NCBI GenBank assembly: GCA_016180805.1
Contig: JACPAM010000277.1
Span: 1 to 46,252, forward strand
Direction of reading: 5' to 3'
Length of the DNA stretch: 46,252 nucleotides
DNA from: Deltaproteobacteria bacterium
GTDB taxonomy: Bacteria; Desulfobacterota; Binatia; UBA9968
Each line of letters opens with the position of its first letter. Positions within the stretch are counted from its first letter, which is position 1. The notes below the pieces were generated by a model, which worked only from the letters and a program-made list of their open reading frames with translations, was not told where the DNA came from and did no database searches. This document shows, one piece after another, positions 37,783-46,252 of this stretch. The translations under genes were made by a program, and so were the position numbers.

Positions 37783-38310
37783 TTATTCCTCCGTGGTTGG
37801 TTTGACTAGGCTCCCTCGGGGAGGCCGCTTCAGCCTGAGGCTGATCCGCCTCTGGCGGACGCGGCTGCGGCCGATGGGCTGTCGTCGCTTCGCTCCGAAT
37901 CTCAGATTGCAGATCTCATATCTCAGATTTTGAGATTTGAAATTTGCCATTTGCAATCCCGAAGGGCTTGTCCGCAGAGGGCGGCCGTAGGGTCTGATCT
38001 TCGAGTTGTAGAAATCCACCAGGGCGCGGAAATTTGGAAACTCCGGCTCCAGGACAGGAAGCATCATGGTCCAGAGCAGAAAGCCGTGCGCGCCCATCGC
38101 ATAGAGCTTCTCGAAGTCGCGCTCCGCCAGCGCCTTTCTCTCTTCGTCGGTAAACTTGTGACCGCTGGTCGTTTCGGACTCGTTGAGCTTGTTGGCCTCT
38201 TCTTTTTCCCACCTGGCCACGAAGCCGGCGGGGTCGGCCATGTAGGCCTTCAGCATCCCCTCGTTTCGATCGACCCGGTAGATGAATTTGTCCACCAGAT
38301 AACGGCTCAT
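37783..38310 (-). CDS. Second LigA-like small subunit whose C-terminus reads through into repeat D
   Basis: First ~112 aa paralogous to 33729-34040 (MSRYLVDKFIY..FTDEERKALAERDFEKLYAMGAH..YGRP); the remainder is translated repeat. Confidence 0.75.
   Translation of the reverse strand: MSRYLVDKFIYRVDRNEGMLKAYMADPAGFVARWEKEEANKLNESETTSGHKFTDEERKALAERDFEKLYAMGAHGFLLWTMMLPVLEPEFPNFRALVDFYNSKIRPYGRPLRTSPSGLQMANFKSQNLRYEICNLRFGAKRRQPIGRSRVRQRRISLRLKRPPRGSLVKPTTEE
37809..37977 (+). repeat. Modular palindromic repeat, copy D (heptamer core, right end truncated)
   Basis: Near-identical core to copy E; nested double hairpin tcagcctgaggctga-tccgcctctggcgga. Confidence 0.9.
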
Positions 38311-38371
38311 CTTTGTCCTCCTTGACTCATGAGCTCACTGATACGGATAGCAAAGAGAATTATTTTTCGGA

Positions 38372-38414
38372 CCGGCGCTACCTGTAACAGAGCCGCCAGA
38401 TTTTTGCAAACCTG
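38372..38414 (-). promoter_or_regulatory. Conserved promoter/operator motif, copy 2
   Basis: TTGCAA-17-TACAGG with TG; matches 34948-34990. Confidence 0.6.
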
Positions 38415-38534
38415 TAGCACTCGTTAGCGAGCTTTGTTCAGCTTGACAGGGAAGGAGGGTTGACATAGTTTCGGTCCCGAGGTTCTCACGATCATGCAGC
38501 GCGAAGCCGCGACGCAACGATAACCCAGGAGGCG

Positions 38535-39566
38535 ATGATGGTCTGGATGAAATTTTTGCTCGCGGGTCTTTTCCTCCCCTTGATTTGTGCTTGGACGCCG
38601 AACGGGGTTTACGCCGCCTCGATGGAGCAGGTGGTCGCGGCGGCGAAGCAGGAAGGAGCCATGAGCTTTTACGCGCCCAGTACATTGACGCCCGCGGGTG
38701 GCAAAGCCCTGGCACAGGCATTTAACAAAAAGTTCAACACCAATATCGAGGTCAATTATCTTCCCTCGGGAAGTATGACCGCGGATGTAGGCAAGCTCGT
38801 CGCTCAAGCGGCGACCGGGGTAGGTCCTGAATGGGACCTGATGGTTATCATCGACGCTCTTCACGGCCCGCTGTGGCAGAAAAAACTCCATATCCCTTAC
38901 GACTACGGACAGCTAGGCGTCGATTCTAGAGCCGTCCACTACGATAGCGGGACCGTATCGATAGCCAATCAGATCGTTCTGCCCGCGTATAACCCGAAGA
39001 TCTTGCCTGCCAGGGACGTGCCCAAACGGTGGGAGGATCTCCTTGATGCTAAGTGGAAAGGGAAGATCGGAGTCCCCACGGCCACGGGGCAGTTCGACTT
39101 TCTGGCGATTGCGTGGGGCGAAGAAAAATTCCTCGATTTCGTTCGTGCTCTCGCCAAGCAGGAACCCATTCCCGGAAAGCTGGCGGAGCTCGCGACCAGG
39201 CTCGAGCTGGGCGAGATTCTCCTGGCCACAACCCTTACCGACAGCTTTATTCATCGCGCCCGCAAGACCGGCGGCTCGTTGGAGCATGCGCAGGTCCAGC
39301 CGGTGGTCTCCCCGGCGTACCATGCCGGGGTGCTTAAAGGGTCGCGCCATCCCAACGCGGCTCGCCTCTTCGCCGCGTTCCTGACCAGCCTGGAAGCCCA
39401 GCAGATCTGGGAAAAGTACGGTGGTCAGAGCTCAGCGTTTGTCCCTGGAACCAAGGTGCACGGCTATGTGCAGGGGAAAACCGTTATCTATTTGACGCAG
39501 AAGGACGTGTCGTTGGTCAATCGGGTGGTTGCTGAAATCGGCAAGATCCTCGGATTTCGTCGCTGA
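38535..39566 (+). CDS. Orphan ABC solute-binding protein, paralog 2
   Basis: Colinear with 35480-36514 (APSTLTP.GG.AL, VHYDSG.VS.ANQI.LPAYN, SPAYH.GVLKG). Confidence 0.88.
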   Translation: MMVWMKFLLAGLFLPLICAWTPNGVYAASMEQVVAAAKQEGAMSFYAPSTLTPAGGKALAQAFNKKFNTNIEVNYLPSGSMTADVGKLVAQAATGVGPEWDLMVIIDALHGPLWQKKLHIPYDYGQLGVDSRAVHYDSGTVSIANQIVLPAYNPKILPARDVPKRWEDLLDAKWKGKIGVPTATGQFDFLAIAWGEEKFLDFVRALAKQEPIPGKLAELATRLELGEILLATTLTDSFIHRARKTGGSLEHAQVQPVVSPAYHAGVLKGSRHPNAARLFAAFLTSLEAQQIWEKYGGQSSAFVPGTKVHGYVQGKTVIYLTQKDVSLVNRVVAEIGKILGFRR

Positions 39567-39674
39567 GACAGACAGGAGCAATCGTGGGGGTTGCCCGCCG
39601 TAAGGTCCAGGTCCCCGGGCTCATCCTCGCGAAGCACCGATCGAGTATCTGAATGAAAGACAAGGAAAGCTAAG

Positions 39675-40088
39675 ATGGCTAAGAAAACGCTCAACCCGCA
39701 GGGGATGCCCGTGCCGCGCGGAAGTTACTCCCAGGTGGCCATAGCTAGCCCTGGCCGCCTGGTTTTTATCGCCGGTAATACCGCCAGCGATCCGGAGGGT
39801 AACGTGGTGGGGATTGGCGACGTTCGGGCCCAAACCAAATACGCGCTCGAGAAAATCAAACGGGGCGTGGAGGCTGCCGGTGGAACGCTGCAAGATATCG
39901 TGTCCTTGACCGTATTCACGACGGATGCGCGCTACCATCCCGCCGTAAACGAGGTCAGGCGGGAATTTTTAGGCTCGGATTTCCCGACCAGCACGATGGT
40001 CCAGATCGTCGCCTTGGCGCGGCCCGAGTTGCTGGTCGAGATCAACGCTGTCGCGGTCGTGCCGGAATCGACCGTTAAGGATGACTAA
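39675..40088 (+). CDS. RidA/YjgF/UK114 family protein
   Basis: YSQV, FIAG, AQT...E.IK, FPTSTMVQI..LARPELLVEI.AVAV. Confidence 0.9.
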   Translation: MAKKTLNPQGMPVPRGSYSQVAIASPGRLVFIAGNTASDPEGNVVGIGDVRAQTKYALEKIKRGVEAAGGTLQDIVSLTVFTTDARYHPAVNEVRREFLGSDFPTSTMVQIVALARPELLVEINAVAVVPESTVKDD

Positions 40089-40114
40089 ACATCAAGGTAA
40101 GGAGCGAGACAACT

Positions 40115-41311
40115 ATGCAGCAGAACATCAAGGACATACAAGCGAGAAGCGAGAGCTGGAACGTGCGGTTGGTCGGGCACCATGACCTGAACGGTCATGG
40201 CGACGGGATGCAGCTTCTGAAAAACGGCCGGTACGTGTACGTGGCCCATCTGGGCACTTCGCCCATGGCCATGACGATCGTGGATGCCACGGATCCCGCG
40301 GATGTGCGCGTCGTTCGTCAAATGCCGCATCCGCCGAATACCCATGCGCATAAGGTTCAGATCGCGGGCGATATCCTCATCCAAAACCAGGAGCGCCCCT
40401 ATTTCGGAAAAGTCGACCCCAGCGTACCCAATGAGGCCGGTGTTCGGGTCTACGAAATCTCCGATCCGACGAATCCCAAAGAGATCGGCTATCTTCGGGT
40501 CCCTGGCAAAGGCGTCCATCGCATGTGGTTCAGCGGCGGAAAATACGCTCACGTCTCCGCCACGGTGAGCGGCTTTAAAGAACGCGTCTATCTGATCGTT
40601 GATCTTTCGGATCCCGCCAGGCCGAAAGAGGCCGGGGTCTGGTGGATACCAGGGACGCGCGAAGGCGAGGAGGAAGCTCCCGGGTGGACGCCTTTTCCCG
40701 GCGAGCACTTCTACGTTCACGGGATCATCCCGCTTAACAACCGGGCATACGTTGCCATGGTGGATGCGGGCATGGCGATCGTCGACATTTCGGATATTAG
40801 TTCACCCAAACTCGTCAGCCGAGTTGACTGGAGCCCTCCCTACGGCGGGTACACTCACACGACGCTGCCGCTGCCGGGCCGCAAGTTGGTGGTGGCCACC
40901 GATGAGTCGGTAAAGAACGAGTGTCAGGAGGGAGAGAAGCGGGTTTGGGTGATCGATATTCGCGAGGAGAGAAATCCCGTTGTCATCAGCACCTTTCCCG
41001 TGCCCCAGGGGGATTTTTGCAAGCGGGGGCTTCGCTTCGGGCCGCACAACGTGCACGAGAACCGGCCCGGCTCATTTCAGAGCGAGAATCTCATCTTCGT
41101 CACCTATTATAATGCCGGGCTTCGCGTCGTGGACATCAGGAATCAATACCGGCCCGAGGAAGTGGGCTATTTTATTCCGCCGCCGCCGGACGGACAGCAG
41201 GCGCCCATGTTCAATGACTTGTTCGTGGACAGCGATGGGCTGATCTACGTGACCGACCGGATCAAAGGCGGGCTCTATATTCTGGAATACACGGGCCCGA
41301 AGATACACTGA
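40115..41311 (+). CDS. LVIVD-repeat beta-propeller protein, paralog 1
   Basis: Repeated (M/L)xIVDxSDP units; NTHAHK, GVHRMWF, YTHT, RFGPHN, YYNAGLRVVD. Confidence 0.88.
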   Translation: MQQNIKDIQARSESWNVRLVGHHDLNGHGDGMQLLKNGRYVYVAHLGTSPMAMTIVDATDPADVRVVRQMPHPPNTHAHKVQIAGDILIQNQERPYFGKVDPSVPNEAGVRVYEISDPTNPKEIGYLRVPGKGVHRMWFSGGKYAHVSATVSGFKERVYLIVDLSDPARPKEAGVWWIPGTREGEEEAPGWTPFPGEHFYVHGIIPLNNRAYVAMVDAGMAIVDISDISSPKLVSRVDWSPPYGGYTHTTLPLPGRKLVVATDESVKNECQEGEKRVWVIDIREERNPVVISTFPVPQGDFCKRGLRFGPHNVHENRPGSFQSENLIFVTYYNAGLRVVDIRNQYRPEEVGYFIPPPPDGQQAPMFNDLFVDSDGLIYVTDRIKGGLYILEYTGPKIH

Positions 41312-41502
41312 GGGGTACGAGGAGGAAGGCCGCGGTCGACGGGGGAAGCTCCCTCGGGAAGCGCGCTCTCGGCTGCGGCCGATGGGCTGTCCTCGCCCGG
41401 CTCGGAATCTCAGATTGTAGATCTCATATCTCAGATTTGAAATTTGCCATTTGAAATCCCGAAGGGCTTGTCCGCAGCCTCGCTCGCGCTCCCCTCGGTC
41501 GC
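41310..41502 (+). repeat. Modular palindromic repeat, copy E (heptamer core), filling the gap between convergent LVIVD genes
   Basis: Full left and right modules; head 41310-41335 is the reverse complement of the tail of copy A. Confidence 0.9.
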
Positions 41503-41515
41503 CGCCTCTTTGGCT

Positions 41516-42754
41516 TTATTCCGGGCGGTACGGCCAGACCTCTTTCAGCCGAAGAATGTAGATGCCCTGGTTTTTCTGGCTGATGTAGATAAAGCCGCGT
41601 CGGTCCACTAACACGTCTTCGGTTTGCACGACCAGACGGCTCGGTCTGGTCCCGATTCTCTCGGCCGGGTCAGGCGGGACAAAGTAGGCGATTTCTTTCG
41701 GGGTGCGGGCGTCGCGGATATCGTACACCCTGAGACCGGCGTTGAAATAAGTCAGGTAAGCGATGTCGTCTCGGTCCTCCAGGCAGGGTTGGTGGTTGGG
41801 ATGATGGTGGTTGTGGGGGCCGAATCGGCCGCGCTTCTCGAAAAAGTTCTTGAGGCCGGATTCGGGTGGAGGGAGCGGTTGGGGAAAGAGCGACAGCAGG
41901 CGCGGCGCCTTTTGATCCCTGACGTCAACAATCCCCGCCACGTTCAGGTTTTCGTCGCCGTCTTCGTTGATGGCCTCGTCGTTGACCAGGGCCAGGCCGC
42001 GCCGCGGCAGCGGGAGAAACGTGTGGATGCCATGGTGATTCGAGATGCCGCGAAATCGGAGCTGGCCTGCGAGCCGCGGGCGCGCGGGATCCGAGATGTC
42101 CACAATGATCGCTCCTCCCGAACCGTAGGAGAGATAGGCGCGACTCCCCTCCACGTGCGCCGGGCCGTGGAAAGAGTACCAGCCCCCGTCAGGGTTTTTC
42201 CCGGGCTCCTGCTCGGGCAGCCAGAAGCGAGAAACTTCTTTTGGCCTGGCGGGATCCGATATATCAACGATCTGGTAGATTTTTTTCTCGAGGCCTGGGG
42301 CGCCGCCGGCCGCATGAACCAGATGACCGCCGTCAAAAAAGTTGCGGTGTGTTCCCGTGCTGTTGGTTTTGTACTGGCCCAGTTGTCTTGGCTTTCTTGG
42401 CTCGGAAACATCCCAGGTGTAAAACCCCTCGGCCTCGGGAGGCTTGCCTTCGACTCCTCCCCATCCCGGCGCGATTCGCTCGAGCGCCGTGATCATTTTT
42501 CCCTCGGCCACCTGGACCTGGATCGTCCAGGTATTCTCGGGACCGGGCATGAAGGCCACGAGCTCGGGGGAGGTGGGGTCCGTGACCTCAAGGATCGACC
42601 AGCCGCGATGCCACAGGTGCCCCATGTAGAGATACCATCTGCCCGCCACTTCTTGCATGGCCAGCTTAAACGCGGGCCTCCCTCCCAGGTCGTGGTAAGC
42701 TACGAGATCGATATTGTCCGCGTGATACGAGGATTCAACTCCGGGCGTCCCCAT
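41516..42754 (-). CDS. LVIVD-repeat beta-propeller protein, paralog 2
   Basis: IVDISDPARP units, GTHRNFF, FHGP, GIHT, RFGPHN, YFNAGLRVYD. Confidence 0.88.
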   Translation of the reverse strand: MGTPGVESSYHADNIDLVAYHDLGGRPAFKLAMQEVAGRWYLYMGHLWHRGWSILEVTDPTSPELVAFMPGPENTWTIQVQVAEGKMITALERIAPGWGGVEGKPPEAEGFYTWDVSEPRKPRQLGQYKTNSTGTHRNFFDGGHLVHAAGGAPGLEKKIYQIVDISDPARPKEVSRFWLPEQEPGKNPDGGWYSFHGPAHVEGSRAYLSYGSGGAIIVDISDPARPRLAGQLRFRGISNHHGIHTFLPLPRRGLALVNDEAINEDGDENLNVAGIVDVRDQKAPRLLSLFPQPLPPPESGLKNFFEKRGRFGPHNHHHPNHQPCLEDRDDIAYLTYFNAGLRVYDIRDARTPKEIAYFVPPDPAERIGTRPSRLVVQTEDVLVDRRGFIYISQKNQGIYILRLKEVWPYRPE

Positions 42755-43017
42755 CTCGTCCCTTGCCCTCCTTGGACTTCCCTCGCAGGCCAAAATAACC
42801 ACGGTGGATTCATCCTGTCAAATTCAATTTGAGGCCGTAGAACGCGGTCACGAGATAAGAAAGCATGACCCCGCTCAAGGGTACAAAAGATCCTCATCTC
42901 TGATATAATGACGACCAAGAGTCGGCCTTCCAAAGCGTGAGAGTTGAATCTGATTGAGCACTCAATCCTTCCTGAATTGGGACCTCCACCATCTGACAGT
43001 ACGGAGCCAAACAAGAA

Positions 43018-44958
43018 ATGTCTAAACCTATGCTAAGGTCCAACGCGGTGACGGCCGAGACCCAACCCCCCAAGGTAAAGGCCACCGTATCCGCGGCCGA
43101 GATGGGGGCTCGGCAGCGGGAGATCTCCGTTTCCGAGTTCTTTACCAAGAACCGTCACTTACTGGGCTTCGACAATCCGAGAAAGGCGCTGCTCACCTGC
43201 GTGAAGGAGGCCGTCGATAATGCGCTTGACGCGTGCGAGGAAGCGGGGATCCTGCCTGAAGTCGTTGTTAAGCTCGAAGTAGCTTCGAACGGAGACGCTC
43301 AGCCGCCTCCGAGCCAGGCGAACCGCTTCCGGATTACGGTGATCGACTACGGCCCCGGCATCGTCCGCCAACAGATTCCGCCGATATTCGCGAAGCTTCT
43401 CTATGGGTCCAAATTCCATCGCCTGCGCATGAGCCGCGGGCAGCAGGGAATCGGCATATCGGCCGCCGGCATGTATGCGCAACTGACAACCGGCAAACCG
43501 GTGCAGATCATCTCTCGCACCAGCGCGCGGGCGCCCGCCCACTACTTCGAGGTCCAGATCGATACCAAGAAAAACGAGCCGCGTATTTTTGAGAACAAGA
43601 AGATCGACTGGGAGAACCATCGTGGAACCCAGGTGACCCTGGAAATCGAGGGTCGCTACCAGAAGGGGCGGGCCTCCGTGGACGAATATCTCGAGCAGGT
43701 CGCTATTGCCAACCCGCACGTCAAGCTCGTCTACGATAGCCCGGAGGGAGAGAGCAAAGAATATCCCCGGACCATTCACGAGCTGCCGCCGCAGCCACGT
43801 GAGATCAAGCCGCACCCCTACGGCATCGAGTTCGGGATGTTGCTCAAAATGCTGCACGATAGCAAGAGCCACTCGCTCTCGGGGTTCCTGTCGAGCGATT
43901 TCAGCCGGGTCTCCTCCAAGGTCGCTCAGGAGATCTGCAAGGCTGCGAAGATTTCGCCGCAGACGCGGCCACGTAACGTTCACGGAGAAACCGCCGAGAC
44001 GCTCTATAGGGTGATCCAATCCACCAAGATCATGGCGCCGCCGTCGAACTGCATCTCGCCCATCGGCGAAAAGGCGATCCTCCATGGCCTGTATATGCAA
44101 ATCAAGGGAGACTTCTACACCGCGGTGACCCGGCCGCCGGCGGTCTATCGTGGCAATCCCTTCGGGCCGGAACAGGCGGCGGATAAATCGGAACGTCCGA
44201 AGATCCCGCTCGCCGAAGGCGAGCAGCAGAGCGACGACGACGAATTGGCCCGCGTGATTCGCTATGCCAACCGCGTGCCCCTTCTCTACCAGCAGTCTGC
44301 CTGCGCGACGTTCAAGGCCGTGCTCGACACCACCTGGCGCAACTACGGCGTTCCCCAATCCAGGGGCGCTCTTCCATCCGGTCCGATGGTGATTTTCGTC
44401 CACATGGCCTCGGTCTGGGTCCCTTTCACGAGCGAGTCTAAAGAAGCGATCGCCGATTACGACGAGATTCGGAAGGAGATCAAGCTCGCCCTGCAAGAGT
44501 GCGGGCGGCGGCTAGGAGTCTTTTTGAGACGACGGGAGCGGGCCAAGAGCGAGTTCCGCCGGCGCAATATCTTCGAGCTCTACATCGAGGAAGTCGTCGA
44601 GGCGTGCAGCCGCCTCAAGGGCGGAAAGCTACCCAAGGAAAAACTCAGGCTCCAGCTTCAGAAGATCGCCATGAAACGGACCGGCGGCGAGAAAACCGAT
44701 GAATTACTCGGCAGCGATGGAAGCGGCCCGGAAGGTCTCCCCCACTCGATCATCGTCACCGCCGAGGGAGCCGAAGGAGAGGCGCCGGATATAATCGGCG
44801 AGAATGACGCCGCACCACCGGAAGAAGCTCCGGGAGAAGACGAGCAGTCCGCGGCGGCGCGGCCGAAGGGAAACGCTGAGTCTACAATAAAGGGTGGGAA
44901 GCAAACGGCTCGGCGCTCTGAAAAGGCCAGGACAAGCGCAATGCGCAGGAGGAGATAG
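43018..44958 (+). CDS. top6B: DNA topoisomerase VI subunit B
   Basis: EISVSEFF.KN, KEAVDNALDACE, D.GPGI, LLYGSKFH, SRGQQGIGIS (GHKL), IKPHP, RYANRVPLLY, VPFTSESKEAIA. Confidence 0.95.
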   Translation: MSKPMLRSNAVTAETQPPKVKATVSAAEMGARQREISVSEFFTKNRHLLGFDNPRKALLTCVKEAVDNALDACEEAGILPEVVVKLEVASNGDAQPPPSQANRFRITVIDYGPGIVRQQIPPIFAKLLYGSKFHRLRMSRGQQGIGISAAGMYAQLTTGKPVQIISRTSARAPAHYFEVQIDTKKNEPRIFENKKIDWENHRGTQVTLEIEGRYQKGRASVDEYLEQVAIANPHVKLVYDSPEGESKEYPRTIHELPPQPREIKPHPYGIEFGMLLKMLHDSKSHSLSGFLSSDFSRVSSKVAQEICKAAKISPQTRPRNVHGETAETLYRVIQSTKIMAPPSNCISPIGEKAILHGLYMQIKGDFYTAVTRPPAVYRGNPFGPEQAADKSERPKIPLAEGEQQSDDDELARVIRYANRVPLLYQQSACATFKAVLDTTWRNYGVPQSRGALPSGPMVIFVHMASVWVPFTSESKEAIADYDEIRKEIKLALQECGRRLGVFLRRRERAKSEFRRRNIFELYIEEVVEACSRLKGGKLPKEKLRLQLQKIAMKRTGGEKTDELLGSDGSGPEGLPHSIIVTAEGAEGEAPDIIGENDAAPPEEAPGEDEQSAAARPKGNAESTIKGGKQTARRSEKARTSAMRRRR

Positions 44959-44966
44959 AAAAAGAG

Positions 44967-46073
44967 ATGGCGCGAAAAAGAATCAAGAAGACCGGAGCGG
45001 TCGAGAAGAAGCTCGTCGGCGTGGCCGACGTCGTCATTACCGCCGCAGAGCGGAGCAAGGACCCCGCGCTTTCGATTCCCGTGCGCAGCCTCGCAAACGT
45101 CACCTTCAACGAGAAACGGGGCATCATCGAGATGGGTCGAAGAAAGCAGGCGCGCTCGTTTTTCAACGTCGGGATGGCCAAGAAGTTCATGCAGACGGTG
45201 CTCGTGGCCGATGCCCTTGCCGAGCTGCAGCGAGCGGACCTTACGACCTCTCTCCGGGAGATCTACTACCGCACCAAGCACACGATCAAGAGCTCGCACG
45301 AAAACACGTTCGACGGCCAGAACGAATCCGACCCGCTCATCGAGGACCTTGAAGTGACCCTGGAAGCCCTGCGGGAAGAGCTCCACGTGCGCGCAGAGAA
45401 CGCCGGTAGCGTCGTGGGACCGCTGGTGTTGATCGACGACGGCGACCGGGTGGACTGCGCCCGGCTGGGGAAGGGCGGTTATTCGGTTCCCTCGATTGTC
45501 GAGCCGGAATACATTCAGATCCGAAAATGCACGGCGGACTTCGTGCTCCTCGTCAAGAAAGGTACCCAGTGGAACCGCCTCTCGGAAGATAAATTTTGGC
45601 GCAGGTACAACTGTATCCTCCTTACGGGAAACGGCCAGCCGCCCCGCGGCGTCAGGCGCCTGGCGCACAGGCTGCACGAGGAACACGATCTTGCCGTCTA
45701 TGTCCTGGTGGACAACGATCCGTGGGGCTACTACATCTACTCGGTCGTCAAACAGGGATCGATCAATCTCGCTTTTGAAAGCCAGCGCATGGCCATTCCC
45801 AAGACCAAGTTCATCGGGCTCTCCAGCGCGGATCCCGATCGCTACGGGCTCCCGCGCAACGTCGGCATCAAGCTCAACGACAAGGACGTCAACCGGGCGC
45901 GCGAGCTGCTCAAGTATCGGTGGTTTCAGAAGAAGGACTGGCAGAATGAAATCAAGCGGATGCTCTCGACTGGTCTCAAGTACGAGCTCGACGCCCTCGC
46001 CAACAAGGACTTTCGCTACCTCACCAAGACCTACCTTCCCAGAAAGCTCAAAGAGAAAGATTGGTTGGATTAG
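44967..46073 (+). CDS. top6A: DNA topoisomerase VI subunit A (Spo11 homologue)
   Basis: SLREIYY catalytic Tyr, Q.ESD..IEDLE, REEL, G.GQP, DNDPWG.YIY, K.ELDAL. Confidence 0.95.
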   Translation: MARKRIKKTGAVEKKLVGVADVVITAAERSKDPALSIPVRSLANVTFNEKRGIIEMGRRKQARSFFNVGMAKKFMQTVLVADALAELQRADLTTSLREIYYRTKHTIKSSHENTFDGQNESDPLIEDLEVTLEALREELHVRAENAGSVVGPLVLIDDGDRVDCARLGKGGYSVPSIVEPEYIQIRKCTADFVLLVKKGTQWNRLSEDKFWRRYNCILLTGNGQPPRGVRRLAHRLHEEHDLAVYVLVDNDPWGYYIYSVVKQGSINLAFESQRMAIPKTKFIGLSSADPDRYGLPRNVGIKLNDKDVNRARELLKYRWFQKKDWQNEIKRMLSTGLKYELDALANKDFRYLTKTYLPRKLKEKDWLD

Positions 46074-46098
46074 CTTTGTCCCGCCGCGCGAACGCCCT

Positions 46099-46128
46099 TC
46101 CACGTTTCCGGAAGTCCGGAAACGTGGA
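46099..46128. terminator. Perfect hairpin downstream of top6A
   Basis: tccacgtttccgga-ag-tccggaaacgtgga; no U-tract, so the terminator role is uncertain. Confidence 0.45.
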
Positions 46129-46252
46129 TAGAACCCATTGTTGTCTCAACACGCTTCGCGGCAGCGAGTTGACTCGACACCCTTCTATTTTCGTGAAGTG
46201 CTTTCTTCCCGAGTTGAGTGAAAAGTTTTCTCGACCGCCCCTTTCACCAGTT

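Noticed and set aside
35113-41502. Repeats as a CRISPR array or attC cassette array
   Set aside because: Copies are kilobases apart, long, in both orientations, with no regular spacers, no cas or integron integrase gene and no clear RYYYAAC/GTTRRRY ends
41624-46103. Long antisense ORFs (402, 445, 481 aa), and similar ones elsewhere such as 7354-8637 and 2049-3302
   Set aside because: Shadow frames of high-GC genes with no protein motifs

Overview
GC-rich bacterial genomic DNA. The orphan solute-binding proteins, LLM and LigAB-like enzymes, LVIVD propellers and archaeal-type topoisomerase VI resemble an uncultured Deltaproteobacteria/Binatia-like MAG; this taxonomy is inference only. Main candidate for a new system: a ~14 kb island (4.86-18.78 kb) bracketed by a diverged ~118-bp direct repeat of the 3' end of a membrane-protein gene. 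It holds one same-strand cluster: a type II DMSO-reductase-family molybdoenzyme (beta, chaperone and a distant alpha; no Tat signal, no heme gamma subunit, an extra Cys at FS4), a peptide-type ABC importer, a stand-alone lipoyl domain and an atypical ThDP E1 alpha/beta pair with no E2 or E3. Other highlights: a UxxC selenoprotein thioredoxin missed by the ORF track; a five-copy modular palindromic repeat family; a 111-bp MITE-like insertion with a 4-bp duplication; two paralogous divergent SBP/LigA-like modules sharing a 43-nt upstream motif; two TA-like pairs; a top6B-top6A operon; and several short internal deletions that may be assembly errors. No rRNA, tRNA, CRISPR array, integrase or transposase was recognised. 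Family calls come from motif recognition by eye, and identities are hand counts.
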